NCBI GenBank assembly: GCA_038087875.1
Contig: CM075991.1
Coordinates: 9,178,001-9,242,000, forward strand
Origin: Malacoraja senta
Taxonomy: Eukaryota
Length of the DNA: 64,000 nt
Reading direction: 5' to 3'
In this document: positions 49,125 through 60,159 of the stretch, piece by piece
Layout of the letters: each line of letters opens with the position of its first letter
Position numbering within the stretch: the first letter of the stretch is position 1
Made by a program: the position numbers and the translations under genes
The notes under the pieces: model-generated
What the model was told of the DNA's origin: nothing
The model's input: only the letters and a program-made list of their open reading frames with translations
The model's database searches: none

Positions 49125-49504
49125 CAAATATCGTATAGCGAGCAAGATGGTCCACTCGACGAAAAGACGTAGTACGGTCATGGGCAGATTCATGGGTCAT
49201 TTAAGGCCCCATTTCCGTAACCGGCTTCCGTATCCGCACCAAAGATCCCATAGGATAATAGTGCGGAGACGGAAGCCGGTTACGGAAACATCCTCGTAAA
49301 AATCACAGTTATTTGGTAAAATCTTCTCATTTTCAGAATTTTAATTTATTAACACAAACTGTTCCCCCGCGACGTTGATTACACTGCGAGTTGGGTTACG
49401 GAAATAGATGAAAAAAAGGCCCACGTTCCGTTCCGTTGCGTACTACACATCAGCCCATTGCATTTAGCAGGAGTGGTCAATCTTGCTCCGCTATAGGATC
49501 TTTG
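49125..49504. mobile_element. Non-autonomous DNA transposon with an 8-bp TSD (hAT-like), inside a Deu-SINE relic
   Basis: Reverse copy of 35854-36234; exact TSD GTTCAAAA at 49117 and 49505. Confidence 0.85.
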
Positions 49505-50238
49505 GTTCAAAAGATGCTTCGTTGATTGAAAAGCACTTTGAGACATTCTGAAAGGCACATGTAATGCACTAAATATTTGCAGGTCTTTACATAAAATTAC
49601 CTCCACTGGTATAAAAGTATTCAACCTTGTGCTGTTGAATTTTCCTGCTTGCAAACATAATTGAAATGTTAGGATTCAATAATTTTATAAGCTGTGCAAG
49701 ATGATTGTTACATATTCAGTCAACTCTTTAATAAGATCTTTCAGGTTATGGAGGTTTTAATATGCAACAATTTTCAAAGAGATAGTGTCAGCATTAAAGC
49801 AATTTCAGGTCAGGCATGACGGATGGTAAATGCAGACTACGGCTGTTTTCTGCAATGTTCTGTCAAGCACTCCCAAGTCAGCTTCAAGTGTTAGCCGCTG
49901 AGTAACAGCTCTCTCCACAAAATGGCATCTCATGCTGCAGAGCAAGCAAGGGCAAGGACTGTAGTTGGTGCCTGCCGCGGACACCAGGAGCAAGCCCACC
50001 TCGTGCGTTCAATCCCAGCATCTGACATTTGAGCACATCCTGGGCTGGTACTTCATTGTAGAACGAGAGTCAAAGAATTATAGGGCACAGAAAAAGACCA
50101 CAATGGCCATGCTAATGATCAACTAATGACGACAGGTGTCCTCTGTGTGTTCTTCACCACTGTGCTGCCACCTTCACCGACCCTTGTACTTGTGTTCAGT
50201 GTTAATTATAAATTAATGTTATTGTCAAAGAAAGGAAG

Positions 50239-50343
50239 AACTATCTCTGTCTGAAGAAGGGTCTCAACCCGAAACGTCACCCATTTCCTTCGCTCCATAG
50301 ATGCTGCCTCACCCGCTGAGTTTCTCCAGCATTATTGTCTTCC
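50239..50343 (+). mobile_element. 105-bp Penelope-derived insert with a hammerhead-like core
   Basis: 15-bp TSD GTCAAAGAAAGGAAG (50224, 50344); the paralogous empty site is at about 54228. Confidence 0.88.
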
Positions 50344-50537
50344 GTCAAAGAAAGGAAGTTAACTTTTTATGTCCAATGCCTTCCGTGATTGCATGCTCCA
50401 GATTAATGTTGACCATGTGCCACATTAAACTGAACTGTGCATAACGTCTCCAAAAAAAAGAAGGGCCGGCACGGTGGCGCAGCAGTAGAGTTGCTGCCAT
50501 ACAGCGCCAGAAACCCAGGTTCGATCCTGACTATGGG

Positions 50538-51262
50538 TCAAGTCAAAGTCAAGTTAAGTTTATTCCTCACATACACATATAAGATGTGCAGTGAATTGAA
50601 AAGTGGCAACGCTCGCGAATTGTGCAAAAAACAAACAAACAAACTGCAAACAGAATGGAACAGAATCACATATTACATATTTGTTGGAGGGTGGGAAGAA
50701 AAAAGAAAAAAACAGCAATTTAAAAAATACATCACACAACAGTAAATTGGTTCAGTAAGTTAGTCTCTGGTGAGATAGGAGTTTACAGTCCGAATGGCCT
50801 CTGGGAAGAAACTCCTTGTCATCCTCTGCGTTCTCACAGCATGGCAGCGGAGGCATTTGCCTGACCGTAGCAGCTGGAACAGTCCGTTGCTGGGGTGGAA
50901 GGGTCCCCCATGATCTTGTTGGCTCTGGATCTGCCACCTTCTGATGTATAGTTCCTGCAGGGGGGGGCGAGTGTAGTTCCCATAGTGCGTTCGGCCGAAC
51001 GCACTACTCTCTGCAGAGCCTTCTTGTCCTGGGCAGAGCAGTCCCCAAACCAAATCGTGATATTTCCGGACAAAATGCTTTCCACAGCCGCTGAGTAGAA
51101 GCACTGGAGGATCCTCAGAGACACTCTGAATTTCCTCAATTGCCTGAGGTGGTAAAGGCGCTGCCTTGCCTTACTAATGAGTGCTGCAGCGTGTGATGTC
51201 CATGTCATATCCTCAGAGATGTGGACTCCCAGGTATTTAAAACAGCTCACTCTATCCACAGT
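50538..51262 (-). mobile_element. Rex1/Babar-clade LINE 3' fragment inserted in a SINE
   Basis: ORF 50834-51259: VSCFKYLGVHISEDMTW..KARQRLYHLRQLRKF..ESIL; (CAAGT)n-like tail. Confidence 0.9.
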
Positions 51263-51929
51263 ATCCCTGGTGCTTGTCTGTATGGAGTTTGTACTTTTTC
51301 CCCATGACCTGAGTTGGTTCCAAAGGGCCTGTTTCCATGCTGTAAGACACTATAACTCTATGACTCTGTAACCTGCTCCCCAAATGTGACATTGGCCCGA
51401 TTCAAACATACTCAACAGCTGCATGTGTACACATTTATTTTCAAACATCTGTACCATTTAAAACAGCTCATTCGATAAATGTCAAAGGACCATTTTTGCA
51501 GTCAGGGTTTCATTCTGCTAACAAGATTTCATCCCTGGTGGCCAAAGGAAGTCTGTGATTTAAGCAGTTTAGGCAGTCGTTTTTTAAAACGGGCATTAAT
51601 ATTGCCCTTTGGATTCCCAGTTTCCAAAGTTCATCCTTGTTGCTTCAGTCTCAATTCCCACATCTGATGACTGTGCCACTGCTTGGTTAGAAATTACAAA
51701 ATGTAGAACAGCTGGATCAGAAGCCTTGTGCCAACTCTTTCTCAACAGCAGCTGGATGGAGACCCCTCATCCCCCTTTGGTTTCACAATAGTTTGGTGGC
51801 ACAGTGCTGGAGCTGCTGCCTCACAGTTACTAAGCACTTAAATGTTATTCACGTTATTCCCTTTCTCATGTATCTGTACACTGTACACGGCTCGAATCTC
51901 ATCACGTATTGTCTCTCCGCTGACTGATC

Positions 51930-52411
51930 CTTCTGCAGTTGTACAGGGCCCTAGTGAGACCACACCTGGAGTATTGTGTGCAGTTTTGGTCTCCAAATTT
52001 GAGGAAGGACATTCTTGCTCTTGAGGGAGTGCAGCCTAGGTTCACAAGGTTAATTCCCGGGGTGGCGGGACTGTCATATGCTGAGAGAATGGAGCGGCTG
52101 GGCTTGTACACTCTGGAATTTAGAAGGATGAGTGTAGATCTTATTGAAACATATAAGATTATTAAGGGTTTGGACACGCTACAGGCAGGAAACATGTTCC
52201 TGATTTTGGGGGAGTCCAGAACCAGGGGCCACAATTTAAGATTAAGGGGTAAGCCATTTAGAACGGAGATGAGGAAACACTTTTTCACACAGAGAGTTGT
52301 GAGTGTGTGGAATTCTCTGCCTCAGAGAGCGGTGGAGGCGGGTTCTCTGGATGGTTTCAAGAGAGAGCTAGATAGGGCTCTTAAAGATAGCAGAGTCAGG
52401 GGATATGGGGA
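51930..52411 (+). mobile_element. CR1-clade LINE 3' fragment
   Basis: 179-aa ORF YRALVRPHLEYCVQFWSP..RGYGE. Confidence 0.9.
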
Positions 52412-52473
52412 GTTCCATATCCCCTGCAGTTCGTTCAATACACCCACCACCCTGTGTGTGAAAACGTTACACC

Positions 52474-52730
52474 GGTAGAGTTGCTGCCTTACAGCGCTTG
52501 CAGCGCCATAGACCGGGTTCGATCCCGACTACGGGTGCTGTCAGTATGGTGTTTGTACGTTCTCCCCGTGACCTCGTGGGTTTTCTCCGAGATCTTCAGT
52601 TTCCTCCCACACTCCAAAGACGTACAGGTTTGTAGGTTAATTGGCTTGATATAAATGTAAATTGTCCCTAGTGCGTATAGGGTAGCGTTAATGTGCGGGG
52701 ATCGCTGGTCGGGGTGGACTCTGTGCGCCA
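52474..52730 (+). mobile_element. V-SINE (HE1-like), ends truncated
   Basis: SINE body lying between the inverted arms at 52385 and 53086. Confidence 0.8.
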
Positions 52731-53550
52731 AAAGTCCGGTGTCTCCAAACCCATCATCTTTCCTATAACATGGTGCCTGGAACTGGACTCAATACTCTAA
52801 ACGCGGCCTCTCCAATGTCTTATGCAACTGCAACATGACCTCCCAACCTCACCACTTCAAAGAAGACCAGGAGAGTTACGGATAATGTTTATCCTCTAGT
52901 CAAACGAGAGGTTGAGCAAGCTAGGACTCTGTTCCTTGAAGTGCAGGAGGATCTTATAGACTTGTAAAATTCATACGAGGAATGGGTCAGGGTGGTCGCA
53001 CAGAGTCTCTTGCCCAGAGTAGGGGAATCAAGTACCAAAGGACAAAGGTTTAAAGTGAGGGTGGAAAGATATAATAGGAACCTGAGGTGTAACTTTTTCA
53101 CACACAGGGTGGTGGGTGTATTGAACGAACTGCAGGGGATATGGAACTCCCCATATCCCCTGACTCCGCTATCTAGTGAAATCATTTCTCAGTTCATTAT
53201 CACCTTCCTGCTTATGGAGATGCGGTGCCTAAATTAGCCGCTATTTCTCAACTGTGCAGCAATGGCACAGTTCATTAGCTCTGGGATGATGTTTAAGGTG
53301 CTGTGTAATTGAAATGCTCCATCCTTGTCAGCATTCTCTGCACCCACTCCAGTGCACCTCGACCTTCCCATGGTCTGGTCACCCTAACTATTCGCTTGGT
53401 ACTCCTGTGGCCCAAGCAATGGTTTTATAAAGTTGCACATAGCAAAGCAAGAATTTCATTGTCCTATCAGGGACACATGACAAGAAACTCACTTGAACTT
53501 GAACTTGAACTTGAATAACTAACCTGCTTTATAAGCTTAGCCCTGGCTAA

Positions 53551-53698
53551 TGAAGGTAGACAAAAGTGCTGGAGAAACTCAGCGGGTGCAGCAGCATCTA
53601 TGGAGCAAAGGAAATAGGCAACGTTTCGGGCCGAAACCCTTCTTCAGAAGGGTTTTAGAAGAAGGGTCTGAAGAAGGGTTCCGGCCTGAAACATTGCC
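53551..53698. mobile_element. Penelope-derived repeat with opposed hammerhead-like cores
   Basis: GTTTCGGGCCGAAACCCTTCTTCAG followed by CTGAAGAAGGGTTCCGGCCTGAAAC. Confidence 0.7.
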
Positions 53699-53699
53699 T

Positions 53700-54210
53700 C
53701 TCCGACTCCGTATGGTTGCCCTCCTTTTAGGCTGCCGAAGTCGGGGTCGCTGACCGCACTGTCAGCGAGTCGGGTAGCAAACCCGACGGCCACCGGCTAC
53801 TCGCTCTACCGCGCTCTAACTTCAGCCGTCTGAAGTTATCCCGCGGCCCGTCCGGATCGCCCGTATTATAAAGCCCTCGGGAGTCGCTGATCGTACTGTC
53901 AGCGACTCGGGCAGCAAACCCGACGGCCACCCGCTGCCCGCACTTCCGCGGTCCGTAGCCGGCATCACCCGCGGTCCAATTGGTTTTCGCTCGTATACAA
54001 TATCCAACAGGAAACTCTGCGAGAAGAGATTCCTGCAACAAAGGACAACCTGAAAAGTAAGTTCGAAACTTACCTGTAGGATTTGAAACTTACCGCTGGA
54101 GGAGCAACGCGCCTACCAGCCAGTCGTTGCGCCATGCGTTAGACGATAATGATGCGCATGCGGGCTGGCGGGCTCTTCGCGTAGTCACTCATGTGACTCC
54201 GAAGTAAAAT
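53700..54210 (-). mobile_element. Probable DIRS-like retrotransposon 5' terminal fragment
   Basis: GC-rich block whose minus strand begins TTTTACTTCGGAGTCAC-ATGA-GTGACT (terminal hairpin), with GCGCATGCG, two GGTAAG donors, an acceptor and a ~55-bp internal direct repeat; no TSD seen. Confidence 0.45.
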
Positions 54211-54349
54211 TATAAATTAATTTAATTGTCAAAGAAAGGAAGTTAACTTTTTATGTCCAATGCCTTCAGTGATTGCATGCTCCAGATAATGTTGTCCATA
54301 TGCTACATTAAACTGAACTGTGCATAACATCTCTAAAAGAAGGAGTGGG

Positions 54350-54662
54350 TGGCAGGGTGGTGCAGCGGTAGAGTTGTTGCCTTACAGTGGCAGAGACCCG
54401 GGATCGATCCTGACTACGGGTGTGGTCTGTATGGACTTTATACCTTCTCTGCATGATCGCGTGGGTTTTCTCCGGTTGCTCCTGTTTCCTCCCACACTCC
54501 AAAGAATTATAGGTTTGAAACGTTCATCGGCTTTGGTAAAAAATGTTTAATTGTCCCTCGTGCGTGGTGTGTGGTAGTGTCACGGGGATCGCTGGCCGGC
54601 GCAGACTCGGTTGGGCTGAATGGTCTGTTTCCACACTGTACCACTAAAACTTAAAACTAAAC
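54350..54662 (+). mobile_element. V-SINE (HE1-like)
   Basis: tRNA head, V-domain and tail. Confidence 0.82.
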
Positions 54663-55532
54663 ACTTGTGCACCATGGTCCTTTTGTTAAAAAAACACTTG
54701 CTTGAGGAACTCAGTAGATCAGGCAGTATCTGTGGTGACCTTTCGGTTGAAACTGGGGGAGGATACATGAGTCAACTACCAGCCATCTTCGCTCTATGCC
54801 AGTCTTGTAGAAGGGTCCCAGCCTGAAATGTCATCCTTCCATTCCCTGTACGGGTGCTACCTAACCCGCTGCATTCTTCCAGCAATTAGCTATTTGTTGC
54901 TCAATGTTCCTACAACTGCTCTCTTGTGTTTCCAAGGTCTTCTTGTATCTGAACACTCCGAGAACACCATTCATAATGAATTTCGAAGCCTTAGTAATCT
55001 TCCCAAAATGGAATCACAGGCTTGCGTTTGCTTCATCTGTTTATTGTTCCCTCAGTTATATTCCTCATGTAACTGCCCTTAAATGTTTTATTGCATGAGA
55101 CGATTATAACAACTTTTTGCTTTGTACAATGGCCCTTGAATCACTGGATTCTGTAAATGGCATCAGCTGTAACATTCATCAGCACAAGTACCTTTGGGCT
55201 AACATATGATGAGCGTTTGATTGCACTAGGCCTGTACTCACTGGAGTTTAGAAGAATGAGGGGGGACCTTACTGAATAGTAAGGCCTAGGTAGAGTGGAT
55301 GTGGAGAGGATGTCTCCTTCCCAACATCACTGTTAAAGGACCTTCACCAGAAGGACTGCAGTAGTTCAAGAAGGTAGCCACCCCCCCCCCCCCCCCCACG
55401 CCCAGTCTTGAGCCCAATGAAGGAAGATTTTGTTCTTGTCAGTCATACATACACACCATCAGCGATTTAAAGAAAGGATTAACTAACTATTTCTTTCACT
55501 CAGGTATCTTTGACAACAACTGAGCTTCAAAC

Positions 55533-55815
55533 ACAATGGCGCAGCGGTAGAGTTGCTGCCCGACAGTGCCAGGGACCCGGGTTCAACCCTGACTACGGGT
55601 GCTGTCTGTACGGAGTTTGTACGTTCTCCCTGTGACCGTTTGGGATTTCTCTGGGAACACTGGTTTCCTCTCACACTCCAAAGACGTACAGGTTAATTGG
55701 ATTGTTAAAAATGGTAAATTGTCCCTAATGTGTGTTTGGATAATGTTGGTGTGCGGGGATCGCTGGCCACCATCGACTCGGTGGGCCAAAGGGCCTGTTT
55801 CTGCGCTGTCTCTAA
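55533..55815 (+). mobile_element. V-SINE (HE1-like)
   Basis: tRNA head, V-domain and tail. Confidence 0.82.
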
Positions 55816-56945
55816 AGTCACTAATTTGTCTTTCATTTCCAATCCATTTATGGTTCCAATCCATTTATTGAAACCCGGCTTTGATTGTGATGTTTTAATT
55901 TGTGCTTTGCACAGAATTGAACAGCAGCGGACTCACTTTTCTAATCTCACGATTAACTCTAATCAAAAAGACAACTTTTTCCCTGTTCGCCAAGGTGCAA
56001 AGGAAAGTACTTAGCACTATGCGTTCTAGGATGCTGTTCGCTTATATTCAGTTAATTAACAGTTCATCAGTCTGCTAAAAATAGGCTGACTTACCAGTGG
56101 GCCCACTAAAGCCTCCAGCCTCTCATGGCTTCGACTTCAAGCAGAGTTTCGCAAACAGACCTCGCTATTGAATCCTCCTATTCAATGATTGCCTTGTTGC
56201 CAAATGAAGGCACTGTACAAATCTTCAGCCTAGTCAGGGCCGTGGATATCCACCAGCACTTACATCCAAAAACACGTTCAATTGTTCGCCCATGTGTGTA
56301 TTTTATTAAGAGATACAGAATGGAAACAGGCCCTTCGGCCCACCGAGTCCACGCTGACCATCGATCACCTGCTCGCACCAGTTCCATGTTATCCTACTTT
56401 CTCATCCACACAGTTCAGTTTAGTCGATTGTCACGTGCAGTGGAAAGCTTCCGTTGCGCGCTATCCAGTCAGCAGAAAGACAATACATGATTACAATCGA
56501 GCCATTTACAGTGTACAGATGCGTGAAAAGGGAATAACGTTTAGTGCCAGGTAAAGCCAGCAAAGTCCGATCAAGGATAGTCCGAGGGTCACCAAAGAGG
56601 TAGATAGTAGTTCAGCACTGTTCCCTGGTTGTGGTAGGATGATTCATTTGCCTAATAACAGCTGGGAAGAAACTGTCCATGAATCGTTGACGAGACAATT
56701 TACAGAGGCCAATTGAACGACAAACCCGCGTGTCTTTGGGATGCGGGAGGAAACCGGATTATCTGGAGGAAACCCACGCAGTCACAGGGAGAATGTGCAA
56801 ACTCCACACAGACAGCATCCAAGGTCAGAATCGAACCCGGGTCTCTGTCACTGTGAGTCAGCAGCTCTACCAGCTACACCACTGTATTGCCCTAGTTTGG
56901 AGATGAGTGTTAGAATCTGAATCAAGTTGATGAGTAGGCATGAGT

Positions 56946-57649
56946 AGTCATTGAAAGTAGGCATGCAGGTGCAGCAGGCAGTGAAGAAAGCGAATGGTAT
57001 GTTAGCTTTCATAGCAAAAGGATTTGAGTATAGGAGCAGGGAGGTTCTACTGCAGTTGTACAGGGTCTTGGTGAGACCACACCTGGAGTATTGCGTACAG
57101 TTTTGGTCTCCAAATCTGAGGAAGGACATTATTGCCATAGAGGGAGTGCAGAGAAGGTTCACCAGACTGATTCCTGGGATGTCAGGACTGTCTTATGAAG
57201 AAAGACTGGATAGACTTGGTTTATACTCTCTAGAATTTAGGAGATTGAGAGGGGATCTTATAGAAACGTACAAAATTCTTAAGGGGTTGGACAGGCTAGA
57301 TGCAGGAAGATTGCTCCCGATGTTGGGGAAGTCCAGGACAAGGGGTCACAGCTTAAGGATAAGGGGGAAATCCTTTAAAACCGAGATGAGAAGAACTTTT
57401 TTCACACAGAGAGTGGTGAATCTCTGGAACTCTCTGCCACAGAGGGTAGTCGAGGCCAGTTCATTGGCTATATTTAAGAGGGAGTTAGATGTGGCCCTTG
57501 TGGCTAAAGGGATCAGAGGGTATGGAGAGAAGGCAGGTACGGGATACTGAGTTGGATGATCAGCCATGATCATATTGAATGGCGGTGCAGGCTCGAAGGG
57601 CCGAATGGCCTACTCCTGCACCTAATTTCTATGTTTCTATGTCTCTATG
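56946..57649 (+). mobile_element. Young CR1 LINE 3' fragment
   Basis: 199-aa ORF essentially identical to the C-terminal part of ORF 30161-31036. Confidence 0.95.
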
Positions 57650-58249
57650 TAAGGAGAACATAAAATGGGATTAATGTAGGATTAATGCAAATGGATGCTT
57701 ATTGGTTGGCGCGGACTCTGTGGGCCGAATGGCCTGTTATCATGCTGTCTGTATCAATGACTCAGACTGGTATAGTGAGGTGCTCTACATTGTGAGATTC
57801 ATTGAATTACCATGGACCAATTCTGCCTCCATTTCTGTCAGATGTCCCAAACATCTGGAGATATATCAGTGGAGTTTTAATCCAATGTTTTCAATAGTAC
57901 AGAAAAATGCAAAGTAAAAAGGAGGCAATGATGATTGGATGATGTAGAAAGGAAATGATGGGGAAAATACAGGTGTCGGAGGTTACGGGGAGAAGGCAGG
58001 AGAATGATGTTAGGAGGGAGAGATAGATCAGCCATGATTGAATGGTGGAGTAGACTTGATGGGCTGAATGGCCTAATTCTACTCCTATTCCTTATCAACT
58101 TATGACCTTATGAACTGCAGATGCTGGTATATACCGAAGATAGACACAAAATGCTGGTGTAACTCAGCGGGTCAGGCAGCATCTCTGGAGAAAAAGTGAG
58201 GTTTCGGGTCGGGATCCTTCTTAGACACTTATGTGTCCACAATTGGATG

Positions 58250-58530
58250 GTAAGTAAGTAAGTAAGTAAGTTTATTGGCCAAGTATTCACATACAAGGAA
58301 TTTGCCTTGGTGCTCCGCCCACAAGTAACAACATGACATACAGTGACAGTTACGAATGACTCAGAAAACACTAAACATTAATAATAATAAAACATTAATG
58401 ATAAAACACCATTGATCAAGCATGTGAACCAACAAAATACCAGATCAAAGGGAGGCTACAGATTTTTGGCTGTTGAGTAGAGCAACTACTCGTGGATAAA
58501 AACAGTTTTTATGTCTGGCTGTGGCAGCTG
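58250..58530 (-). mobile_element. Rex1/Babar-type 3' end with (AAGT)n tail
   Basis: The minus strand encodes ATARHKNCF..PRVVALLN; the same tail occurs at 16445-16515. Confidence 0.7.
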
Positions 58531-58879
58531 AATGGGGTTAGGAGGGAGAGATAGATCAGCCATGGTTGAATGGCGGTGTAGACTTGATGGGCTGAATGGC
58601 CTAATTGTACTCCTATCACTTATGATCTGATGATTCTGCCATTTACTTTGGATCCAAACGAGGATTGTTTTCTCTGGAGCGCCGGAAGCTGAGGGGAAGC
58701 TAGATGGAAGTACAGTATATAAAACTATGACCGGCATAGGTAACAGTGGACAGTTAGAACCAATTCCTCTGGGTGGAAATGTCAATAGACTAGACAGCAT
58801 AGCATTAAGGTGATATGGAGAACATTTAAAGGGCAGGGCAAGTCTTTTTACCCAAAGAGTGGTGGGTGTCTGGGCCAAG

Positions 58880-59180
58880 ATGTCAGGGATGGTGTTGGAG
58901 GCCGTGCAGCCAACGCCAAGGCTCAGTGGGGGAGGAGCACAGTCGAGGGTCCTTCCGCTGCTGGACATGGGGGGCACGCCCCTCAAAATAAGGGAAGGTA
59001 TCCCACGCCAGGGGGCCACATGAGTGGCACGGGTGGGGGACAGATTGGTGAAATTTGAGAAATGTATATAAACTGCATTGAACAATTTGTATAGACTCCG
59101 AACATGTCGGATGAACTTTTTCGCATGGTTCATGTATTGTATATATTTATTACCTGAATAAAGTCTATTTTGAAATTAAA
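58880..59180 (+). mobile_element. Tx1-like 3' fragment
   Basis: CCGTGCAGCCAACGCCAAGGCTC shared with 9473; AATAAA and an A-rich end. Confidence 0.55.
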
Positions 59181-59711
59181 TCCCACACAGATCGCCGGAG
59201 CCGCATGTAGTTGGTCCCGACACCGCGCGGGGGCCGAGTGATCACCGCACGGCCGGTCCCACGAGTATGCGAATGCATGCGGCAAGCGCAACCTTACCGG
59301 AAGCGGTTGCCGCGCGGGGGCCGAGTGATCACCGCACGGCCGGTCCCATGAGCATGCAAATGCATGCGGCGATCGCGAACTTACCGGAAGCGGGGGGTGC
59401 GCGAATGGACGGAGTAGGCTAGCACGTTGCGTTGCGCGCTGACGTCATCACCCGACGCCGCGCAACGTCCATTCGCACACCCCCCGCTTACGGTAAGTTC
59501 GGAATCGCCGCATGCATTCGCATGCTCGTGGGACCGGCCGTGCAGTGATCACCCGGAATCCGCGCGGCGACCGCTTTCGGTAAGGTTGCGCTTGCCGCAT
59601 GCATTCGCATGCTCGTGGAACCGGCCGTACGGTGATCACTCGGCCCCCGCACGGCCCTCCCGCGGCAGCCGCGCTTACCGCCTGGAACCGCCTGCCCGTG
59701 GGACAGGGCCT
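59181..59711. mobile_element. Foldback Harbinger-type MITE, family D
   Basis: Right TIR GTGGGACAGGGCCT followed by TAA; internal inverted arms of about 190 bp built from 87-bp tandem units. Confidence 0.7.
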
Positions 59712-60007
59712 TAAGGATTGGGGGAAATGGGTCACATGCATGCAGAGGAGATTCAGCACACACATTGTGGGCTGAAGGGCCTGCTCCTGTGCTGTGCTGT
59801 TCTGTATTACCGATATGTGCATGAGGAATGTGTAGGAAGAAACTGCAGACTCTGGTTTAAACCGAAGATAGACACAAAAAGCTGGAGTGACTCAGCGGGA
59901 CAGGCAGCATCTCTGGAGAGAAGGAATGGGCGACCTTTCGGGTCGAGACCCTTCTTCAGACGTGAGGAATAATTTACAGAGGTTTAATTACCCCACCAGC
60001 CTTCATA

Positions 60008-60159
60008 GCTGCGGGATGTGCGCATGGCATGCACGTAATGCATGCCATGCGCGCCTAATGCACGCCATGCGCGCATCACGACACACACGTCGTGCGTCGT
60101 GACGCGTAAATGATGTCGCGTAAATGACGTGCAAATGACGCCCAAGTAGGACAGGCCCT
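60008..60159. mobile_element. Truncated Harbinger-type MITE, family E
   Basis: CpG-rich sub-repeats ending GTAGGACAGGCCCT followed by TTA. Confidence 0.6.

Noticed and set aside
56088..56265. Minus-strand donor CTG/GTAAGT suggesting an exon
   Set aside because: All three frames contain stops between the plausible acceptors and the donor.
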